From assembly GCF_964355755.1 (NCBI RefSeq), contig NC_092673.1:15100948-15164947 (forward strand): DNA of 64,000 nucleotides, in the 5' to 3' direction. The notes beneath the pieces are model-generated. The model searched no databases. It was not told the DNA's origin and saw only the letters and a program-made list of their open reading frames with translations. The position numbers and the translations under genes were made by a program. Source of the stretch: Antedon mediterranea (taxonomy: Eukaryota > Animalia > Echinodermata). This document shows, piece by piece, positions 60,801-64,000 of the stretch (position 1 is the stretch's first letter; each line of letters opens with the position of its first letter).

Positions 60801-63605
60801 AAAAATTTGATGGGAAAAAAATTATTTACTCCTGAAAAAATGTAATTTAAAGGAAAAAATAGTCCAATTGGCTGGATGTCAATGGGTTTTTGGTTGAATT
60901 TAATCGTTTATTTTGTCTTTATAAATGTTTTTTCTACAGAAGTGATTAACATTATTAAAACTGCGATATGAATGGCCTATTCAAATTCTTTTTTTATTAA
61001 TCTTTTTTTCTCTTTCATTTTTCATTATTTGGTGGGACAATAGATCTTTGAATTAAAAGCCTTTACTAAAATAGTAAAAAAGGAAATTGATAAAGCCATG
61101 TTATTGACTTAGGCATCGTGTCAAAATTACTTTACTGCAGTAACTACATAGAGTTCTGCAACAGTTTGTGTCAATGTTGAAGTTGAGTCAGTCATTGCAA
61201 TAAACAGTGTGTTTGAAAAACACGAAAAAGCATAATAAATCATTGCATTCACATAAAAAATGTAGTAAAATATAGTTACTGCAGTAACTGCAATAGAATC
61301 AATTTGACATGGTCCATTTAGTTGCTATAAAATAACTGAGCGAACTGGGATGTGTTTTTTTTTCATCTTTGTAGGTATTAGATGAGACGGCCCAAGACTA
61401 TGATGTATATTCAACTCGGTCTGATATTGATTGTAAGTATTTGGTTACCACAGCATTTGTTTGCATTACTTGCTCATAACAGCTTCTGAAGTTCATTGAC
61501 TGAGCGACATTAACATATTCTCATTGCTATGAATATTATTACACATTCAAGCTTGGTTGAAGTCCAATTAACGTTCATGAGATCCTACTTAGGAATTGGA
61601 TTATAAAATAACATACTAAGGTGCATGATCATATAATGCAAGTAATATATTTTTATTGCAAACTTAAAAGTGTCTAAGCACTTTTTGTTTTTAATTAATT
61701 CCTACATGATTATTATGTAAGTCAATGATTAAAGGCCAGTTTAGACAGACAAGTGGTATAGGTAAGCAGAAAACCGTGTAGCTTGTCCCACATAGAATCT
61801 CCACTCAACGTTTTGTCATAAGAAATAGCATAGATTCTATATTTTTATTACCGTTACCGCTCATGTGTGTGTAAATTGGCATTAAGAGTCATATAAAATG
61901 TATTTTTATTAACAGCAATTTCAGAAAATATTGAAGGTTTTCGAGACGCAGTTGGTGACTTTACGTTAGATTCGGTAGGTGTTTACAAGTTATAACTTAC
62001 ATTTAAAAGAGGTAAAATGTATGTAGATTTTTATTGTAGCAAGTGAAGGAGCAACAACAAAGCTGCAATGGGCTTCTTCAGCTATTTTTATCACAATAAT
62101 TTTTTTTAGAAAAAGAAGACTTTTGGTCCCCTGTTATTGGTCCCCTGTTTTTTTTTTAATATGCCATTTTAATGTCACAATAGTTATTAACTTTGACCAA
62201 AAATTATTAGTTTTATTATTAGTATTATTATTAGTATTATTATTATTTTTTTATGAGTAATGAATAATCTTCATTTTTCATGTTCTTGTGGGGTGCAATA
62301 CATCTTTAAATTAAAAGCCTTTACTAAAATAGTAAAAAAAAAATGAAATTGATAAAGTCCAGGTTATTGATCTAGGCCTCATGTAAAAATTTCTTTACTG
62401 CTTGCAATGAACAGTGTGTTTGAAAATTAAAGCAATGACTAAATAATCGCATAAACATGAAAATAGTTTTTAAAAATGTAGTAAATATAATTACTGCAGT
62501 AACTACAATAGAATCAATTGGACATGGTCCATTTAGTTGCTATAAAATAACTGAGCGAACTGGAATGTGTTTTTTTTTCATCTTTGTAGGTACTAGATGT
62601 GACGGATTCCTTGTCATCTAATATTTATGACTTTGGTGAGACGGCCCAAAAGTATGATGTATTTCGTGTATATATGATGGCTGGCATCTTTGGTCTCATT
62701 CTCTTAGTGCCTATTATTTGGTTGCTTGGGTTGAGCTGTGGCTTGCTTGGAAGATCAAGCGATGCTTTACCTACTGAACGAGGTTGTATCTCAAACTGTG
62801 GCGGATGCCTTCTTATACTGTAAGTTTAACAATGAACACAATTTTGTTACATCTTAATACCCTTTTACAGACGGTACAATTCACAGTTTACACAGTTTAT
62901 TAAAGATAAAACACATGCATTTTTTAATATTGTGTTACTTTTTTAAAAGCTTATAAAAGTATAATTTATAGCTAAGCTAAGCATATTTCTACTCTTGTTT
63001 TATAGTGGTGCAGCTCTAGTGTTCATATTTGGCACATTTCTAATGATCTTAACCACCCTTCCGTTTATCATCGGTGGTCCGATTGATCGACTTTTCTGTG
63101 ATCCTTTCCAATCTGGTGAAGTATACAAAGAGGTAACTTTCTAATCTTTGTCGCTCATTAACATATTGTTGCTAAGCATTGTGACGTTACCTCTTATGTT
63201 ACTTAGTATATGAAATTTTACACTTAAGTTTTTTTTTCACTTTTTTCATAAAACATTTTGTACATGAAATATATGATTTGAGTAATTATAAAATCATTGT
63301 ATTTACTGTAGTCAAAAAGGAACTCTGCGGATAAGCAATCTTTAATCGTAGTGTCCTGAAAGTTATGTTTTGTTGTATGCTTTTTGCCAAAATATTTGTT
63401 TGGTATATAAACTAAGAAGTAACAAGAAATAAATAAATAAGTGACTTACGATAAAATGTCTAGAATTTTATTAAACAATGTTTAACGTCGTCTCTTTTCA
63501 GACGGTAGATAAGAAGGGTGCAATACCAGGTGTTGATGGTTATTTCTTGTCAGACCGCATTCTTAATGACAGTTCTATACCACTAACAATTACTGCAATT
63601 TTTGA
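33626..63605 (+). CDS. prom: Prominin-family protein B, 5' part of a spliced gene (signal peptide to start of extracellular loop 2; continues past the window)
   Basis: 15 GT-AG exons join in one open frame: signal peptide, TM1-CFC..R.C.KCGG-TM2, loop 1, TM3[14 protein letters not shown]4, GG...CDP. Confidence 0.92.
34237..35055 (+). mobile_element. Non-autonomous PIF/Harbinger element with Myb/SANT relic (relative of 27301 element)
   Basis: TIR GGCCCTGTTTCTGCTGC, TSD TCA; relic [30 protein letters not shown]...[11 protein letters not shown]. Confidence 0.82.
35620..36200 (-). pseudogene. Decayed integrase-core DDE transposase relic (IS3EU-like)
   Basis: [33 protein letters not shown]....WNDHP.SS.HN..PNQLW. 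Confidence 0.6.
38734..38807 (+). CDS. prom: Prominin B exon 2 ([25 protein letters not shown])
   Basis: ttttgtag acceptor, gtaggt donor, phase 1/0. Confidence 0.8.
39771..39970 (+). CDS. prom: Prominin B exon 3 (TM1, Cys-rich loop, TM2)
   Basis: [40 protein letters not shown]. Confidence 0.93.
40423..40543 (+). CDS. prom: Prominin B exon 4
   Basis: [40 protein letters not shown]; canonical splice sites. Confidence 0.9.
40740..41506. mobile_element. piggyBac-type MITE
   Basis: (C)TAA|CCCTTTCACTGCG...CGCAGTGAAGGGG|TTAA. Confidence 0.75.
41696..42211. mobile_element. Kolobok-type MITE family A
   Basis: TTAA|AGATGTATTGTCCCTT...AAGGGACAATACATCT|TTAA; second copy at 56324. Confidence 0.8.
42718..42883. 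mobile_element. Harbinger-type MITE
   Basis: AGCCT..GTTTTCCACTAGG / CCTAGTGGAAAACAGGCT; TTCGCGCGAA- and GCGTATACGC-like motifs. Confidence 0.7.
43540..43856 (+). mobile_element. Partial solo-LTR-like fragment
   Basis: AATAAA then ...TTCGACTCACGACA end; 5' TG end not evident. Confidence 0.45.
44100..46200 (-). mobile_element. CR1/L2-clade LINE with large internal deletion (ORF1 relic joined to RT)
   Basis: RT: [35 protein letters not shown]; ORF1: coiled coil + [13 protein letters not shown]. Confidence 0.85.
47030..51197 (-). pseudogene. Intron-containing Sola3-type transposase pseudogene
   Basis: [70 protein letters not shown]; stops and frameshifts. Confidence 0.8.
49790..50703. mobile_element. 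AcademH-like non-autonomous element in a Sola3 transposase intron
   Basis: TAG...CTA termini flanked by a perfect 9-bp TSD GTTTAACAG. Confidence 0.65.
52225..52291 (+). CDS. prom: Prominin B exon 5
   Basis: [22 protein letters not shown]; gtgagt donor. Confidence 0.87.
52929..53361. mobile_element. Foldback element (~100-bp inverted arms) carrying a tRNA-like cassette
   Basis: 52929-53025 is the reverse complement of 53250-53361. Confidence 0.75.
53044..53115 (+). tRNA. tRNA-like sequence (anticodon ATT, Asn-type; probably repeat-borne or pseudo)
   Basis: CCCCAG/TTGGGG acceptor stem, GTC/GAC D stem, TCTGC/GCAGA anticodon stem, CCGAG-TTCGAGT-CTCGG T arm, T6 terminator at 53117-53122. Confidence 0.5.
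53777..53963. mobile_element. Harbinger-type MITE (GAGCGGTAAC motif); further copies at 60322-60507 and 61732-61882
   Basis: AGGCCAAT...ATTGGCCT termini; shared internal sequence across three copies. Confidence 0.72.
54039..54782 (+). mobile_element. Putative non-autonomous Helitron
   Basis: A|TC start with TATC repeats; 3' GC-rich hairpin GAGGGGGAGC..GCTCACCCTC then CTTG|T. Confidence 0.4.
54859..54948 (+). CDS. prom: Prominin B exon 6
   Basis: [29 protein letters not shown]; phase 1/1. Confidence 0.9.
55383..55627 (+). mobile_element. tRNA-derived SINE
   Basis: TAGCCAAGTGG A box, GGTTCCATTCC B box, CTCAGCTGTAAATGAGTACC core, (CTTTAC)n tail. Confidence 0.72.
56324..56856. mobile_element. 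Kolobok-type MITE family A, copy 2
   Basis: Colinear with 41696-42211. Confidence 0.8.
57545..58130. mobile_element. Kolobok-type MITE family B, truncated copy
   Basis: Colinear with 24686-25311. Confidence 0.75.
58262..58376 (-). mobile_element. Degenerate second copy of the tRNA-like cassette
   Basis: Minus strand CATGAAA..CCCAGTGG..GGACATCTGCATATCAAG..TTTTT..TTCTCACA.ATTT.CATCT matches 53037-53148. Confidence 0.6.
58535..58749 (+). CDS. prom: Prominin B exon 7
   Basis: [11 protein letters not shown]...[14 protein letters not shown]...DFGVEN; phase 1/0. Confidence 0.88.
59503..59589 (+). CDS. prom: Prominin B exon 8
   Basis: [29 protein letters not shown]. Confidence 0.85.
59781..59844 (+). 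CDS. prom: Prominin B exon 9
   Basis: [21 protein letters not shown] (prominin G..F..IP..V..T motif). Confidence 0.87.
60559..60629 (+). CDS. prom: Prominin B exon 10
   Basis: [23 protein letters not shown]; phase 1/0. Confidence 0.83.
61375..61432 (+). CDS. prom: Prominin B exon 11 (chimeric exon at the duplication junction)
   Basis: [12 protein letters not shown] (from exon 13) + STRSDID (from exon 9); intact AG/GT, phase 0/1. Confidence 0.7.
61916..61974 (+). CDS. prom: Prominin B exon 12 (diverged duplicate of exon 10)
   Basis: [19 protein letters not shown]; 12-nt in-frame indel relative to exon 10. Confidence 0.72.
62590..62819 (+). CDS. prom: Prominin B exon 13 (TM3, [12 protein letters not shown] loop)
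   Basis: [10 protein letters not shown]...[15 protein letters not shown], prominin signature. Confidence 0.95.
63006..63132 (+). CDS. prom: Prominin B exon 14 (TM4)
   Basis: [42 protein letters not shown]. Confidence 0.93.
63502..63605 (+). CDS. prom: Prominin B exon 15
   Basis: [34 protein letters not shown]; gtatgc donor. Confidence 0.88.
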
Positions 63606-64000
63606 GTATGCATTTTTTTTTATAATCTCTGAAAATGTGTTTTTTCTTGGTGTAAAACTATTTACAACAAAATTGTGGATAATAATCAGAGAATTCTGGA
63701 TGTTATTTTGCAAAGAAAAGAATAATGTACTTGGCAAATGCTTAGTAAGAATTGTTTGTATTAAATATGTAACAATCTGTATTATGAAATATTATTTTAC
63801 AGTGCTTGTGAAAAAAATGAAGCTATTTACACCGCATTCAAATTGGAGTATCTCTTTAACATTTCTGAGTACCTGAATTATAAAGAGGTATTGCCTATGT
63901 TGCTAATCTTTTATATTTTTGGTTTAAAATGGAGGTTCTGTCTACAAAAACTCAATCTAGAATATATTGATTAATAACTTTATAAATATATTTAAATTAA

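Larger units (their letters stand above)
59823..62664 (+). repeat. Diverged intragenic tandem duplication (59823-61410 / 61411-62664)
   Basis: Introns, the MITE and exons are repeated colinearly with substitutions and deletions. Confidence 0.92.

Noticed and set aside
59823-62664. Assembly artefact explanation for the duplication
   Set aside because: Copies differ by many substitutions and indels (1588 vs 1254 bp) and the junction joins two different exons, which is unlike a collapsed or duplicated haplotype
2239-63876. Remaining 60-130 aa ORFs in the track
   Set aside because: Low-complexity AT-rich or antisense frames without motifs; those overlapping real exons run on into introns

Overview
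AT-rich, intron-containing eukaryotic (invertebrate metazoan-type) genomic DNA. The bacterial-style ORF track is mostly noise, so exons were found by reading splice sites and frame. The window holds two tandem, same-strand prominin (CD133-family) genes. Gene A contributes its 3' end (1727-10445), including three phase-2 micro-exons and two candidate alternative terminal exons. Gene B contributes its first 15 coding exons (33626-63605, continuing off the window). About half the window is transposon-derived: a decayed Academ element (13228-26677), Sola3 elements, Kolobok, piggyBac, pogo and Harbinger MITEs, CR1/L2 LINE pieces, tRNA-SINEs, an IS3EU-like relic and a Crypton-like hairpin, several of them deeply nested. 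The most notable observations are: an intragenic tandem duplication in prominin B that created a frame-preserving chimeric exon; a foldback element carrying an almost intact tRNA cloverleaf with a Pol III terminator; Harbinger MITEs that each carry their own short palindromic subterminal motif; and a rearranged putative promoter next to a 146-147 bp tandem array of nuclear-receptor-like sites. All family assignments come from recalled motifs, not database searches.
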